Assembly (NCBI GenBank): GCA_050273025.1
Contig: CP158635.1
Coordinates: 3,534,001-3,598,000, forward strand
Source: Cenococcum geophilum
Lineage: Eukaryota
Reading direction: 5' to 3'
DNA length: 64,000 bases
Part shown: piece by piece, positions 36,780-51,049 of the stretch
Numbering within the stretch: the stretch's first letter is position 1
How the letters are laid out: each line of letters starts with the position of its first letter
Translations under genes and position numbers: made by a program
Notes under the pieces: model-generated
Seen by the model: only the letters and a program-made list of their open reading frames with translations
Told to the model about the DNA's origin: nothing
Database searches by the model: none

Positions 36780-38933
36780 AAGGGATAACTAAGACGATTA
36801 GGAAAATTAAAATCCTGCTAGGAGCCTACTAGGAGCCTATTAGGACCTCTAGGACCTCTAGGACAATTAAAATCCTATTAGGAGGCCTCTAGGATCTTAG
36901 CACCCCAATAAAATGCTAATATAGCAAGATTAAAAACTAATTGCTAAACTGGATTGCACTTAATTAGCTTAATAAAGAGCAAATTACTATATAGCTATAG
37001 CTATAAACCTTCTTAAAGAAATAGACTTAAGATCTATATATTATATAATATAATAATATAGAGCTATTCTAGAATAGGACATAGCTTAACCGCTATAACT
37101 TCCACCAGTTTATAAACTTTATAAAAACTTATACTTAATAGATAGATCTAAAACCCATTAAAAATAAGGACGGTAGCATCTATAAAAAGGAGAAGATTAG
37201 GTTTATTTAGGCTAGAATTAAGCTAGTAATTTATAATAAAATAAAGCGCGTAGGAGCCCTATTACGGATTACTATATATATACGGATTTCAAATAAGTAG
37301 TTCTAAACGCTAAAGATATAATAAAAAACTAAACCTCTTCTAGTAGGAAGTTAGGGGGTCACTAGAAGTGTGGGCACTCTAGTAGTAATATAGGGCAGGC
37401 CTAACCTTTAAAGAAGCCGTTCTTAAAAAGAACTTTAAAAGGGTTAAAGTTAAAAACCTTAAATAATGGAAAAGACTTCTAGGGCTAACCTAATACCTAT
37501 CTAGCACCTTTATAGAAATACTTTAAGAAGTTAAAAGAAAACTCTAAAGGTAGATCTTATTAAAAAAAGGGTAATAACCGCACTAATAATCTTTGAAAAA
37601 AAGCCCTAATTGTGGACTTTTTTTTATAGCTATAACTAGGGTAAGATATAGAAGAAGAGACTCTCCGTATCGCTATTAAGCTAGAAATAACACTCTCTAT
37701 AGGTAAGATGCGTTAGTTTTAAGTACTATATAATAACGGCGCTAAAATTAATCTTATATAATATAATTTAGTAAAAGAGTATAAAATTATCCTATTATAA
37801 AGGTAGCGGAAACCTATTATAGGCTTCCTAGATAAGTATTAGATTAAACTATATAGTGCCTATAAGCTTATAGTATTAGTAGCTAATATATATAACTATA
37901 CTAAAGTAGTTAGCTCGCAACCCTTTTAGGCGGCTAACTTTATAGGTTATAACCTTATCCTTAGATACCCTTAGCTTATAGAAGTAGATTTTAAGATACG
38001 CTTTAAAACAGGAGCCTTTAAATAGTAGAATAATAAAGATTTAGAAGGGTGTATATTACTAATAAGCCTAAAGGACATCCTAGAGAATATAGCCCTAGGT
38101 AAAATAGTATACGCTTTACACCTAAAGGAGTATTAGATCTAACCCCTATTTAATAGCAAGATAGGTATAAAGCCTAGTATAGGTAATAACCCCTCCGTAA
38201 TAATAACCTTATAAGGAACTACTAGATAGGTTATAGAGACACTATAGAAAGGCAGCGATCTTAAAGATTTTATAAGATACTTTAACTGCCACAGGTTACT
38301 CTGGCTTAAGTAATATATAGAGAGTATACTTTAATACCTTAAACGTTGCGTTAAAGAATTCCCTACCCTCTACTAGCTACTATATATAACTGTTTAACGT
38401 ATAGTAGCAACTATATATAAGCAACTACTACAGTATATAACGCTGCCCGTAAGTATCCTAAAGGAGCTTTAGGACCTACGTAATAATAATATAAAGGACA
38501 AACGCGACCTTAATTTGTTAAATATTCTAGTAGGCCTAAGAGACTTATTAAGGGTATTTTTAGGCAAAAGAGCTAAAGTCCTACCGTAGAACTTAGAGTA
38601 CAATTATATAATTAATTTAAAAGAAAGTAAATAACCGCCAAACCTTCCTATCTATAACCTCTCTTATAAAGAGCTTAAGATCCTATAGGAATACCTTAAT
38701 AAGTTACTAGAAAAGGGGTAAATCCAGCCTAGTAAGTTACTAGTAGGCGCGCTAATCCTCTTTATCCTAAAACTAGATAGAACTATAAGGCTATACGTAA
38801 ACTATTACAGTCTTAATAAGATTATAATTAAGAACCGTTACCTACTACTACTAGTTAGTAAAATGCTAGATTAACTATTTGGGGTAAAGATCTTTATAAA
38901 GCTAGATCTATAAGATGCCTATTATAGGCTCTA
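36780..38933 (+). mobile_element. Gypsy retrotransposon fragment (gag, protease, 5' part of RT)
   Basis: Protease I(D)NGA.INL ~37730-37755; RT GA(P)ILF.(P)K.D(G)T.RL.V.Y..LN...IKNRY(P)L(P) and FTKLDL.DAY.RL 38745-38932; truncated by the next LTR. Confidence 0.85.
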
Positions 38934-39461
38934 TATAACAAAGCCTTATAGGAAATACTACGGTGGACTTGTTAATAGGCCGGGTATATAGGTAAATAGG
39001 AAGTTAACAACGTAATAATAACTAGTGAAGTAGTTACCTAATAAATTAACTCTAATTATATTCTAAGATTTACTATAAATAAGAGAAACTATTTATAAAG
39101 ACCGTACGTCCTTAAATATATAACTCCTCCCTATAGTAAAGGGTTTAGTATATTAGTATATTAGTACGTCGGTATATCGCGTTCTTATATTCCTACGTTT
39201 CTACGTTCCAAACTTATAACATAACTAGCTATATAACTTAGCTACCTTTTATCCTATAGCTTAATCGGTTCTAGGGCCTCCTATATTATCTTAACTAACC
39301 CATTTATGTTTATTCTTAGTAGTCGCACTACTACTAATATAAGGTCCGTAATACCATCCCCCTCCTCTTTATCTTTATCCTTAAAGATATCTCCTATCTT
39401 TAAGTTATCTATTAGAGGTATAATATTCCCATTTTTAATTTAATAACCTTTATTATTTCTA

Positions 39462-40140
39462 ATACCTTCTATTAAATCTTCTACGTTTAATCGTTGTAAC
39501 TAGTTAGTAATATTTATTTTTTCCCTTAGTAAAGTTATACCGTCTTATTCTTATTATACGGAGAAGAAGTTAGTATATATTATAATCGTAGCTCTATCTA
39601 GTTACTAACCTTCTTTTTATACTAAATATATATAAGCAAACATATAATTATCCTATAATATTTAATCTATCTTTAATACTAAATATACGCGTCTTATTAT
39701 TCTTTATAATCGTCTAGTTTCTTATTTAATCTATTTTAGGGTTGCGCGTATTAGTAGCGGCTAAAAAACTAAAAAGTAAGCTAGCCGAGACCCTTATTAA
39801 AGTTTAGTGTCGTTTAATAAGGCGTCTTAGGCTCTAAAAGCTTAACTAGATACTTATACTTGCCTAAACCGTCTAATAAAGGTCTTAAAAAAGGTGCGTT
39901 TAAAAGAGCTTTACTTAGTAAAGTAAGGTCTATTTAAACTTAAGGCTAAGGAGGCTAAAAGGGATTCTAGTTAAGTAGAGGCGGAAATAACTAATATACT
40001 AGTAGTAGATCCCTTAGATAATCCGGCTTATCTATTACCTTTAACTAATCCTTTTATCTTTAGCTCCTTTTTAATATTACCTAACCTATTTTCTTTTAAT
40101 ACTCCTATACTTTTCCTATGGCATTCTTTAGATTTTATAG
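39462..40140 (+). pseudogene. Antisense ORF in the Gypsy 3' region: Zn2Cys6-like cysteine pattern plus coiled coil (RIP-reconstructed)
   Basis: One frame from 39462 has TAT codons spaced C-x2-C-x6-C-x13-C-x2-C-x8-C if read as TGT (~39546-39656), followed by a helical/acidic segment (RLNRL.KVL.KVR..EL.LV.(Q)GL..L.A.E). Confidence 0.5.
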
Positions 40141-41803
40141 TGGTTCCTAGGTAGTCTTATTATAGCCTATCTACTTAACCTTATACTATATTTTATTATT
40201 AATATCCTTTTAGCTAATAATCTTTAAAACTTACTACTTATCTTCTTCTTATCCTCTATACGTATCTACTATATAAATTAGTAGTTTAATATTCCTATAT
40301 ACTAGTTCTAGCATTAGAATATGCTATATAGGGTAGATCTTAATTTTAGCTAGTAGGTTTAACTTAAATATAACTGGTAAAATCCTCTATATAATTTTAA
40401 AAGGTCCTAGTTTAATATAGTCTAACTTTTTACTTAGTTATTAACTCTTAAAATTTTTGTATAGTAGCTATACTTTATCCCCCTCCTTAAGATCTAGTCC
40501 CTTAGATTTCTTAGCGTTATAGTATCGTTTTATTCTTTCTTATACCTTTTTTACTAATTCTATAAGGTTTATATAAAGATTTATTAATATCTTTATCCTT
40601 TTTTTTAGCTATATAACTTATTTTCTTTACTTATTATAGTAACAGTAATATACCTATTTCTTCTTATAGTGTTACGTTATATATAAACTATATACTTAGT
40701 AATAATAATACCTAATTATTCTATACGTAATTAATATAATATCTTAGATACTATTTTAGCGTCTAATTTAATCTTTTTATTTAGCCATCTGTCTATAGAT
40801 AATATATAATAAAAGTTGCTACTTTAACTCCTTATTCCGCTAAAAAAATACTTCCTAGAATACTATTATAAATCTTAGATCTCTATTTAATATAATTTTA
40901 CTTAATACTTTATATCTTATAAATACTTCCTTAATATAGATTTTAGTAATATCCTTTACTAAGATTTCTTCTATATATGCTATAAAGTAGCCCTATTTAG
41001 TTAACTTATCTACTATTACTAAGATTATATTATACTTTTATTCAGTAATAAGATCTTTTAACTTTAGTAACTTAATAATAAAGTCCTATAATATAACTTT
41101 CTATAGTCTCTCTAGTATTTTAATAGGTTATAGCCCTCTGTATAGCTTATGCCTTATTAATTTATTTCTTTAGCAATTTAAATACTCTTTTATTACTTTT
41201 CTGGCTATACCCTAGATTCCATTAATAATATATTCTTCTTATAATCTTAATACTAAGCCTATTACTCTATTATATTCTTAAGTTATTCCCTTATAAAAAT
41301 CTTCTATAAAATACTCTACTATACTTTTTAAAATATACTTTACTTAGTTTTTATATATATCTATCTATAGATCTTCTAACTATACTTCTAAAAAATTTTA
41401 CCCCTAAAAGCTCTCTAATATCTTATTGTTGGTCATATAGGGTAACTCACCAATAACGACTACTCGAGTAGGTTACAGTGATGTTAGTTAAAAGCTTGTT
41501 TTATTAGAATGAGAGAGGGCAAGGAACTTAAGGCTCCTCGCCACACTAGTGCCGCGGCGACACGTGATAGCAACTTGCCATCACGTAACGGCAGTTTGCC
41601 GTATGTGACGGCAACTTGCCTCATTCCTGACACTAGCAACTCTTCTTTTATAGTTACTATCTATATATAAATACTGCTTAACTATTATAACAAATATAAA
41701 TCCTTCTTACTTATTATTGCTATTGTAATATAAGTCTCACTATCCTAAAATTTGCCTCTTAGCACGCGGTGCTTTCTTACTAAGGAGTTATAGGTAGACA
41801 TCG

Positions 41804-44800
41804 TGTTAGGGCCGTTAGAGCCGCTAAGGCGCTAGCTATAAGCAAGCTAATAGCAATTTTCTATCCTAGGGATGGAAAATCCTAATTAGCTGGTTGGAAT
41901 TAGGGTCCGTAGATTATTATACTCCTACTCCCTTTTTACCCAACCTTTAACTTATATACGTAAAGTATTTGTATTAATAAACGTTTCTAGAGCCTTATTT
42001 AGGTTTACCTTTATTATTACATCTACTAGGTTATCTTAACTATTAATCTATTAAATCTTAAAGAGTTCTCGCCGTTTATAGGATTAATAAAGTGCTATAA
42101 TATTAATTATAAGGCGCTTCTCCTTTATAGTATTAAGCTTGACTAAACACTTATAGAGGGAGTATAAGTTGGTATATATAATTATAGGGATAACGGAAAG
42201 TTCGAGTCGATTTATAATTATCTTTAGGGTAGTTCTAATTGTAATTACTATATTAACTCCGCTAACTATTCTATATATCTTTAACGCTAAAACGCTTTAA
42301 GTAATGCGCTTACTTTTAGTTAAGCTCTAATAGATAAGATTGCTATGGATTATAAAGTTATTCTCTTTAGTAGATTTATTTATAATAATAATCTTATATC
42401 CTAGCTAGGAGCTAAAATCTTTATTATTTATAAATAATCTATTAACAAATATAAAGAGCTTAGTGGTAGGAAGATTAATAGGCACATAGAGTAGTCCCCA
42501 ATTAAGATAGTTTATTTACTAGGAAAGACGCTTATTTAGGGCAAGAACGTTATCCTTAGTTAGTTTCTAGTATTAAGCGGTAACGGAGAGATTGAATAAA
42601 GCCTTAGGTTAATAGATAGAAGCAATATATACTCTATAAGCGCGTTACTCCACATATCCTTGCTTTAGAGAATTAACGTTAATAATATTAATCTTCTTAC
42701 CTTAACCCTTCTGGCGTAAAGCAATAGAATCCTTATTTAGGGAGAGGATGCATTTATTAAAAAGTAATAGTATTATTAAATTAAGCTTTTCTTTTAGCTT
42801 TGCTATAAGATTTACCTTTACTAGCTTATCTTCTTTAAGAGCTAAAAATTGGTCGTTTCCTAAGATAATTATATTATTAGTTTATATACCAATAATTCTA
42901 AATAGGGTTTCCGTAGTTATAATAAGGAAGTATAGATTAAATATAGAAGTAGTTATTAAAAGCTTCTCCTTATAGTGCTTGCTATAGGTAGCCCACTAGT
43001 AAGTTCCTGCCTCTGCAATTTTATATAATGGCTTAAGTATAACTATAACTATATCCTTAGGATACTAGTGGCGAATTTACTCTGGAAGGTATACTAATAT
43101 TAAGCGCTAAAGGTACGTCTCTGATTGGGTATAGGCTTAAGTAATATCTTATAAATAAACTGCTATTCTATTCTTTATTAAGGAGAAAGCTAGTGTAATA
43201 ATAACTTGCTAACTAGCTTATTAAATTATAGAAGATTATATAAGAATTACCTCCTTACTATTATTGTTATAGCCTTAGATAATAAGCCTTAATTTCTTAA
43301 ATAGGGCGTCTATAGCTTTGCCTTTAATCTTATTAACCATTCTTAACTTAAAGATGCGAACTTTATCGAACTTAGTAGGGTTATACTTCTTAAATTTAAA
43401 GACTTCTCTTATAATAAGACTATTAATCTCTTACTTGTCGGATACTTGGAAAGGAGCTCTAGGGGTTATAATACGACCTTCCTTTTAGAGCTGTTTTGCG
43501 AGCTTAAAGTTAGCCTTCTCCTTAGCTGTTATAAAGGCCATTAATAACTTAACTCTATTCTTAATGGCGGCAATAAATTACTCTTTAAAATTAATAAGAT
43601 ATTAGCGATTTTGTAATCCCTTTAGGCGACCTCTACCGCGTCGTAGTTATAGCGTATCTACTATAATTATATTAGAATTGTGGTCGCCTTCTAAAGCACG
43701 TTAATTATAGCTCTCCTCTAAGGTATTTTCTATGGCATTCTATAAAGGCTTAGAATTATTATCTTTATAATAAGGCTTAATAATAGTTAAATGGAATTAA
43801 GTAGGTCTATAAGGTATCTAAATAGTATAAGTCTAACTATTAATTATAATAAGTTAATGTGGGCCTAACTACCCTCCCTTTTTACGCTATATGTATACCT
43901 CTAACTAGAGTAGCAGATTAAGTGTAGTTAAGGTATTTAGGCCATTTCTTATTCCTAGTACGTTATTAACCTAGCGTATAGCGTAGAGACGTTATACCTC
44001 CTTTATTACCTTATAAATAGCCTCCACTCATTATATAATGGAGGGAAATAGTAGAGAATTATTAGTTATTTAAGGGTAGGCGCTAAAGACTAGTAATATG
44101 GGTATAAGTCTATCTAGGCCAGCGGAATTATTAACGGCTTTAACAGCCATTTGTAAGGTAAGTTCTTTGCTAGTATCCTCTAGTTCTAAAGAAATAATCT
44201 TATATACGCGGCATAATAGCGCGTAATATTGCTCTACTTTTCTAACACTATTATATACCTTAATAGGGACTTCCTTAACCTTAATTGCTATTACCTTTAT
44301 CTATTATTAAAACTCTGCTAATAAGAAGTTCTTTCCTATATTATGGACGATTTAATTAGGGGGTCCTAGGTAGATATTGATCTAGTATAATTAAAGGGTA
44401 TCCTATACGTTCCTAGCTAATATATCCTTTAAAAAACGTACGGCTTAGAAGGAGGTTAAGAAGTTAATAACTTAGAGTACTAGCTTACCGCTAAGATATA
44501 TAACGTTAACGATAATATAGAAGTTAAAGTTATAGTTATTTTTAAGGGTAAACTTAAATCGGCTAGGGGACTTCTAGTTTATTTAGTAGTAATAGCAGTA
44601 CTTTATAAGATACTTAATTGCCTTAACCTTAACTTTATGGCCTACTTACTAAAGAACCCTAAGTAATTAATAAACGGATAGGTAGCTAAAACGATGGTGT
44701 AGTTAATATAACTCTAACTTAGTTAAATGGCTCCAAGCAATACTCTTTTTTAGTTAATAAAAGAGCAACTAGGGGTAACCCTACTTGCGTATAACGGGCA

Positions 44801-47043
44801 CCCGATTATTTCCCTAAACGAGTATATTCTTAAGGTTATTAAGCTTAACGCCTAATTTATTTATATCTCTAATGTAAAATAGAAATGGGGTATTTATAGA
44901 AATAACATAGAAAGTGATATGCCTTAAGGGGGTTTGGACCCTAATTATGCTAAGAGAGATTGTAGTACCCTTACTAAAACGAATTGTATATTAGCCTGCC
45001 GTTAAATAGTTAATTTAAATAGAGCTATTAAGCTGCTAAAGGGCTTAAACTTAAGATTCTTCTGCTATAGATACTCCTATAGCTCTAGTATCTAGTATAA
45101 TACTATAGAAGACGTTCGCTGAGTATTTATTATTAAAGGAGAACGCAGAACTCTCCCTTAGCTTATTAAAGATATCTAACTTTATAATAGAATAGAGCGT
45201 AGATTAGTTATTAAGAACAGTGACGGTTTATATACCATTTACCTTACTATACTTAGTAAAGTATTGGTTAGGAGAGTAGTTCTTAATTTCTATATCTATA
45301 AGGAGCTGTTTAGCCTTATTAACCTTACCCTTAAGATCTTTTACGCCTTTATATTAAACTAAAAAGCTTTAAAAGTAGGCTGTAATAACCTTATAATTTC
45401 TAACATTTCTTATACTTTAGCGAAACTTATTATATACCTCTTTTTACTTATTAAGAGAATACCTAGTTAACTAGCAATTTGGTTTCTTATAAACGTAGCA
45501 CTTCTTTTAGTAATTACTTTAAAACAAACCTCTACAAGGGCCTCTACCTTTACCTTATAGTCGTTAATTATACCCTCTACTATATTATCTACCCCGGCCA
45601 CTATATATTTAATTAGTCCAGTTATAATTATATTAGTTAGGTAGGTTAATTAAAGTAGGTTAAAGTTAGGTATTAAATTGCTATACTTTTTAAGAGTGTA
45701 GAGCAGTGCTAATAGAAGATCTTAATTAAGTATATACTCCTTTATAAGTATTTACAGGATTAAAGAAAGCAAGGTTGTATTCTTTAACGCCTTAGTATAC
45801 GCTAATAACTTAATTATATAGGCTGAAATTCTCTTAATATAATTTAGATAAACCACGCTAAATCGTCTAAAGTTAATTAAAGAGCTTTTAAAGATAATTA
45901 AGCTAAGGGATACCTAGGTTTATAGTAATAATTTTTAAAAAGGTAGTCTCTCTCTATTCTAATATATACTGCTACTTATTCTCTTCTATTTTAAAGTGGT
46001 ATCTTAATATATATATTATACGGTTGAAATCATATCCTTTTCCTACCAAATAATTATAATAGAAGGTACTAGCTTGGCCCTTAAGCATAACGGAATAGGC
46101 GTTGTGGTATTAATTAGACTCTATTTCTACCTTCTAGCAATAGTTATAGAAGATACGTAGTTTCGAATTAAGAATATTATATAATTCCCTACTAAACTTC
46201 TTTTCTTAGTCCGAATAGAGCTTTGCAAGCTCTATAAGCAATTTTAAACTACCTCCAATTTAAGATTAAGATAGAGGTAGGGGTTGCATTATAGGCTATA
46301 GTAGGGACGTAGGTCTAGTCGCTAGAGTCTAAAGGTTGTTAAATCGCAAAGTAATAGGATCCTATACCTGCTCTCGTTAGGGTATAGTATCCGACATTAA
46401 GGTTATGGGTTAAATTAGATACAGAGAAGTTAAAGGCGGAGGTAGGTTTGTCTCTAGAGGTATATTACTTAGGTTCTATTATAAGTTAAGCTTTCTTATA
46501 GTGCGTAGTTAGTGCTTAATCTCTTATAAAGTCCATTCGTGCTCTTCTTTTACATTAATAACCTGCTCCTAAATATTGTCTTTAATAGTACCCCCGTCTA
46601 TAGGTATAAATACTCTATACTCCCGCAAGAAGTTACGGAAGTTTTATACAATATCCTTCTTTACAGAAGCCTATGTTTCCTTTATCTATCTAATAAAGTT
46701 CTCCCTTACACAGTACTATAGTATAGTATTGTTATATTTACTATCTTTATAGTATACTATATAGTATAATAAGAATCTATTTAGGTCCTGTTGCTTAGCG
46801 TTTATAAAGTTAATTATATTAGTATTCTAGGCCGTCGAAAACGGACTCTGCACCTATACGTGGTGACGGCTACGAACCTAAGTCTTTAAAGTTCAGACTC
46901 AGAGCCAACGCAGAGACGTCACACAGCGTGCGATACGACCTAGTGGTGGTAGTAGGTATTATAGGCGGTGGTAAAAAGTTTTTACATGGGATAGTGAGAT
47001 CTTAAAAACCACCACTGAGTGCCCCTTACGAACAACAGCAACA
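41804..47043 (-). mobile_element. Copia retrotransposon (gag-integrase-RT-RNase H), RIP-degraded
   Basis: Copia domain order on the minus strand: integrase ~44050-44600 precedes RT (RIFK.RMVN.IKG ~43320-43360; KLRLII.GY ~43268-43295), RNase H ~41940-42400; TGTTG...CAACA LTR-like segment 46789-47043. I could not match a pair of LTRs. Confidence 0.78.
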
Positions 47044-47049
47044 CTATTC

Positions 47050-48270
47050 TCCTATTAAGGCACCTATACGATCCAACATGGATACACAGCATTTAATAAC
47101 ATCCCCCGACCCCTAGTAGAGAGCATCGACGACCTCTTACGTCAATGAACGAGCGATTGCAAACAAATAAGCAACGAGCAAATATACGGCCCCTTTTAAC
47201 CCCCAGGGCGATCGCCCGCGGAGCATACAGTCACTCGCCATCAGCTATTAAATACTACCTAGCAGCCTAGACAATACCGTACGGTTTTCCTGTCTCCTCT
47301 TAAGGAGTGGTAACCCTTGGCGAGGGCCTAGTAACTAGGGCCTAGGCATAAAAAATACTTAGGCACACACGTCCCGCTCGCCTTTTAGTATAGTAGTAGT
47401 TTATAAATAAATCCCCCTTACGCCTTTAATAGGCCTTAGGGGGGGGGGAGGCATGGCGTATATAGTAATAGTTAATAAGAGATAGTATATAGGGGGTAGT
47501 TAAAATACGGAACATAACTATAAGTATACAGCAATCGAACGGCAAGGCCTAGCTAGGACGTAGTAAACCCTAGCTAGGATAAGCTAGAGAAGGAAGTAGT
47601 AGTTCCTAAGGAGTTTAAACATCTAAGGAGGACAGGACGTAGCCGTAGGCCTATAGGGCCGCCGCTACGGACGAACATGGCAAACCGGGGTTTTTTATCC
47701 TACTAAGGTGGCTTATAGGGTTTTTCCTCCCCTAAACTACAGGGTTTTCTTCCTATAAATTATAAGTTTTCCCCCTGTAATGGAGTAGTCTGCGTAGGCC
47801 TAGATAGGATCCATATCAGACGTTAATTAAGAATTACTACTATATTAGTATTCTATATTTCCGGGTTAATATCCTTCTTATACTTCTTTAGATAGGTTAA
47901 CGCTATAATAACAAACGTATATAGGTAGATTTGGGTATTAATTGTGATCCTAAGATCTGCAAAGGTACATAGAGGGTGTTAAGGTAGTTGTTTAACGCGT
48001 TTCAGACGTTAACTTAGGACCCTAGGTTTAGTAATACTTTTAACCTAAAGTACTTAACCAAATCTTCGTAACCGCGGTTATTCTATATAATAGACGCAAC
48101 TTAGTATCTCTTAGTATTTAGTAACACTTTTATTACTAGTTTTCTATAAGTTTAAGGTAGTATAGTATTGCCGGGATCTATTCCATATAAGCGTATATAG
48201 TACCCCTATATAAGACTATTTCTTTTATTTAAAAACCTAGCTGCTCTATAGTTAACTGTGTATTTAACTA
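47050..48270. mobile_element. Cluster of LTR fragments (G-rich PPT at ~47438-47452) and an integrase fragment
   Basis: The LTR segment GGAGTAGTC.GCGT.GGCCTA...GGATCC..ATC.GACGTTAA recurs at ~54060-54105; integrase-like relic ~47900-48250. Confidence 0.55.
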
Positions 48271-50420
48271 CTAATTAGTGTTAGTTATATAGGGTAACTC
48301 ACTAATAACGACTACTTAAGTAGGTTATAGTAATGTTAGTTAAAAGCTTATTTTATTAGAATAAGAGAGGGCAAGGAACTTAAGGCTCCTTACTACGCTA
48401 GTGCCGCGGCGACACGTAATAGCAACTTGCCATTACGTGACGGCAGTTTGCCGTATATAATAGCAACTTGCCTTATTCCCAACACTTATAGACTTTTTTT
48501 AGTTTATTATCCTCTTAAGTTACTACTAGCTTAGGGCAATTATATCTAATTAATCCATCCTTATCTCTATATAGTACTACTTCTAATAGTTCCTTATTAT
48601 TCTATAATTTAGCCTTTTTACTTAGCGCATCTACCCTTATATTCTTAGTGCCCTTAATATACTAAATTTTAAAATAGTATTTTATAAGCATTTCTACCTA
48701 TTTAACCTATCTTTAATTAAGTTTTTTTATTATTAGGAACCCCATTAGGTTTTTATAATCCGTTTTAACTATAAATAGTTTTTCTATACCTTATAAGAAT
48801 GCTCTTTATTTCTTAAGTACTATAATTATACCTAATAACTCTTTATTATAGACGTTATAGTTTAACTCTAGTAGTGTTATCTTTTAACTATAGTATGCTA
48901 TTAGGTGCTATATATTTCTATACTCCTAGTATAAAGTTTAATATATTTGTTTCTATAACTATATCTAGTCCTAGTTAATAGATTTTAAAGATTAGTTCCT
49001 AGGTAAACAGTTCTTTAAGTTCTTTAAATAGCTCCTTTTATTTATCTCCTTATACCTATAATTCCTCTTTTTTTATAAGCCTAGTAAATAGTTTAATATT
49101 CTTTAGTTCCTACTAACTTACTATAGCTTTAATTTTTCTTAGGTCTATATTAATATAACCTAGTTTAATAATAAATCTAATAAAATTAGTCTTCCTTATA
49201 AAGAACTTATATTTCTTAATTATTACTAGCATTTATTTTTCTTATAGTCTCTTTAAAACCTATTTAATGTATTTTCCGTACTCTTCCTTAGTTATTAAAT
49301 AGATAATATTATTATTAAGGTATTCTCCTAATATACTATTAATTCTCTTCTAGAATATTACTAATATATTTATTAATCTGAATTATATAATTAATAGCTT
49401 ATATAGTCCTTCTCTTAACCTAAAGGCTGCCTTTTATTTATTGCCCTCCTTAATCTTAATCTAATAGTACGCCTACTTTAGATCTATCTTTATAAAAATT
49501 TACGCATTACCTATTTAATCCTAGATTTCGCTAATTAAGGGTAAAGAATACCTATCCTTTTAAGTAATACTATTTAACCATTTAGAGTTAATATATAGCC
49601 TAAGTTTTCCATTCTTCTTTAGTATAAATAATACTAGATATTCTACTAATAACTATAATAGTCTAATATATCCCTTTTATAAGTTTTTTTTATAAAATAA
49701 ACTCTTTAAGTACCCCTAATTCTTTTTAAGTAAGCTTATAGGTTAAAAAGAACCTTAGACTTATTCCTAGTTCTAACTTTATTTTATAGTCCTATACTAT
49801 ATAATTTACTAACTTTTTACTTTCTAGGCTCTATAGTTTTTTACTATACTTATAGTATCTCTTTAGTATATAACTTAAGTCTTACTTAGTCTCTTTATAT
49901 ATTACTTTAACTTAGTACAATACTAACTTAGTTTACTATTATATTTTATATTATTAAGTATCTCTAATATTAACCTAGCCTATAATCTAATTAATTTTTA
50001 GATTATATTCTTATAATTAAGGTATTTCTAATACTACCTTATCCCGTCCTAATAGTAGGATATTAAAAATATCTTAATTTGTTTTCCTTTAATAGTTATT
50101 TAAATAGGTCCTATTTTAAGGTTAATAATCCCTCCTCTATAAGCTATTAGATCTCCTAAAATTATAACTAATAGGTAAGGTTACTCCTTTTATCTATAAA
50201 ATAATTCTATTTTTTTTTAACTACTATTAGTAAGATATAGTTCCGTATTACTTTACTATTTATTAATACTTTAAACTACTAATCCTACTAATTAACTTAT
50301 AAATTTAGGTGTTATCCTTAAATTCCGTTAAGGGTTTAAGGCTTTACTACTAGCTCCTTTTAGTTTTATAGGCCTTTACTTTTTCTAACTATTAGCTATT
50401 TAATCCTATTATACTTAGCT

Positions 50421-50740
50421 ATAAGGGCGCTAAGAGACTTTAGGGAAGATTTAAAGGAACAATATAAATTCTATCTAAATCTAAGGGTATATAGCTCTTG
50501 CTAAGAACAAGACGTTGCGTAAAGAAGAGAAAGGAATAATAAGAGAATTATATAATTAAATAGTTAGGGGCTTGGTAGTCAATGCATGCGTATATATACA
50601 CGCGGTCTTTAACGGACTTTAGTAGAATTTAATTAATCTATTAGAATTTGGTTAAAGCGTTAGAATTTATCTATTAAGTGTTTTATTAAGACATTCCTAC
50701 TATAACTAGGCTAGTCCCGTTATAGTATCCCCCCTTTTAG
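50421..50740 (-). mobile_element. LTR (~50421-50724) with adjacent PPT
   Basis: Minus-strand AAAAGGGGGGATAC followed by a RIP-form TG(T)AACGGG LTR start. Confidence 0.6.
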
Positions 50741-51049
50741 CTAAAGGTCCAAATAATTTAATTTTAGTTAAGACTTATAACTTATCGCGTGTTATATTTT
50801 CGCGTTAGGTAGCGGTATAAGGTTTTACCAATTCTATCATTAAATAGGCTAATTAGGATTTTCTATCCCTAGGATAAAAAATCGCGATTAGCTTAGTTAA
50901 GGCGGTAAGTAGAACTAATATCTTTATAGTAGGTCTTAGTAAGGCAGATCTAACTAATTAAATAACTTTAACTAGCGGTTAAAGTTCCTTAATATCTTGC
51001 GTATTATATAATTATATTACAAACATTATAACGTATTTTAAGTTCTTTT

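Larger units (their letters stand above)
41427..48484. mobile_element. LTR element with paired 206-bp LTRs (41427-41632, 48279-48484) and CTTAT TSD, containing further nested elements
   Basis: Two TG...CA direct repeats differing mainly by transitions; CTTAT at 41422-26 and 48485-89. Confidence 0.9.
38934..50420 (-). mobile_element. Gypsy (chromovirus-like) retrotransposon with 3' LTR 38934-39352, interrupted by nested LTR elements
   Basis: PPT (minus strand GAGGAGGGGGATGG) ~39354-39368 next to the LTR; chromodomain/integrase ~40150-41400; RNase H/RT ~48500-49800; protease ~50230-50280. Confidence 0.8.
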
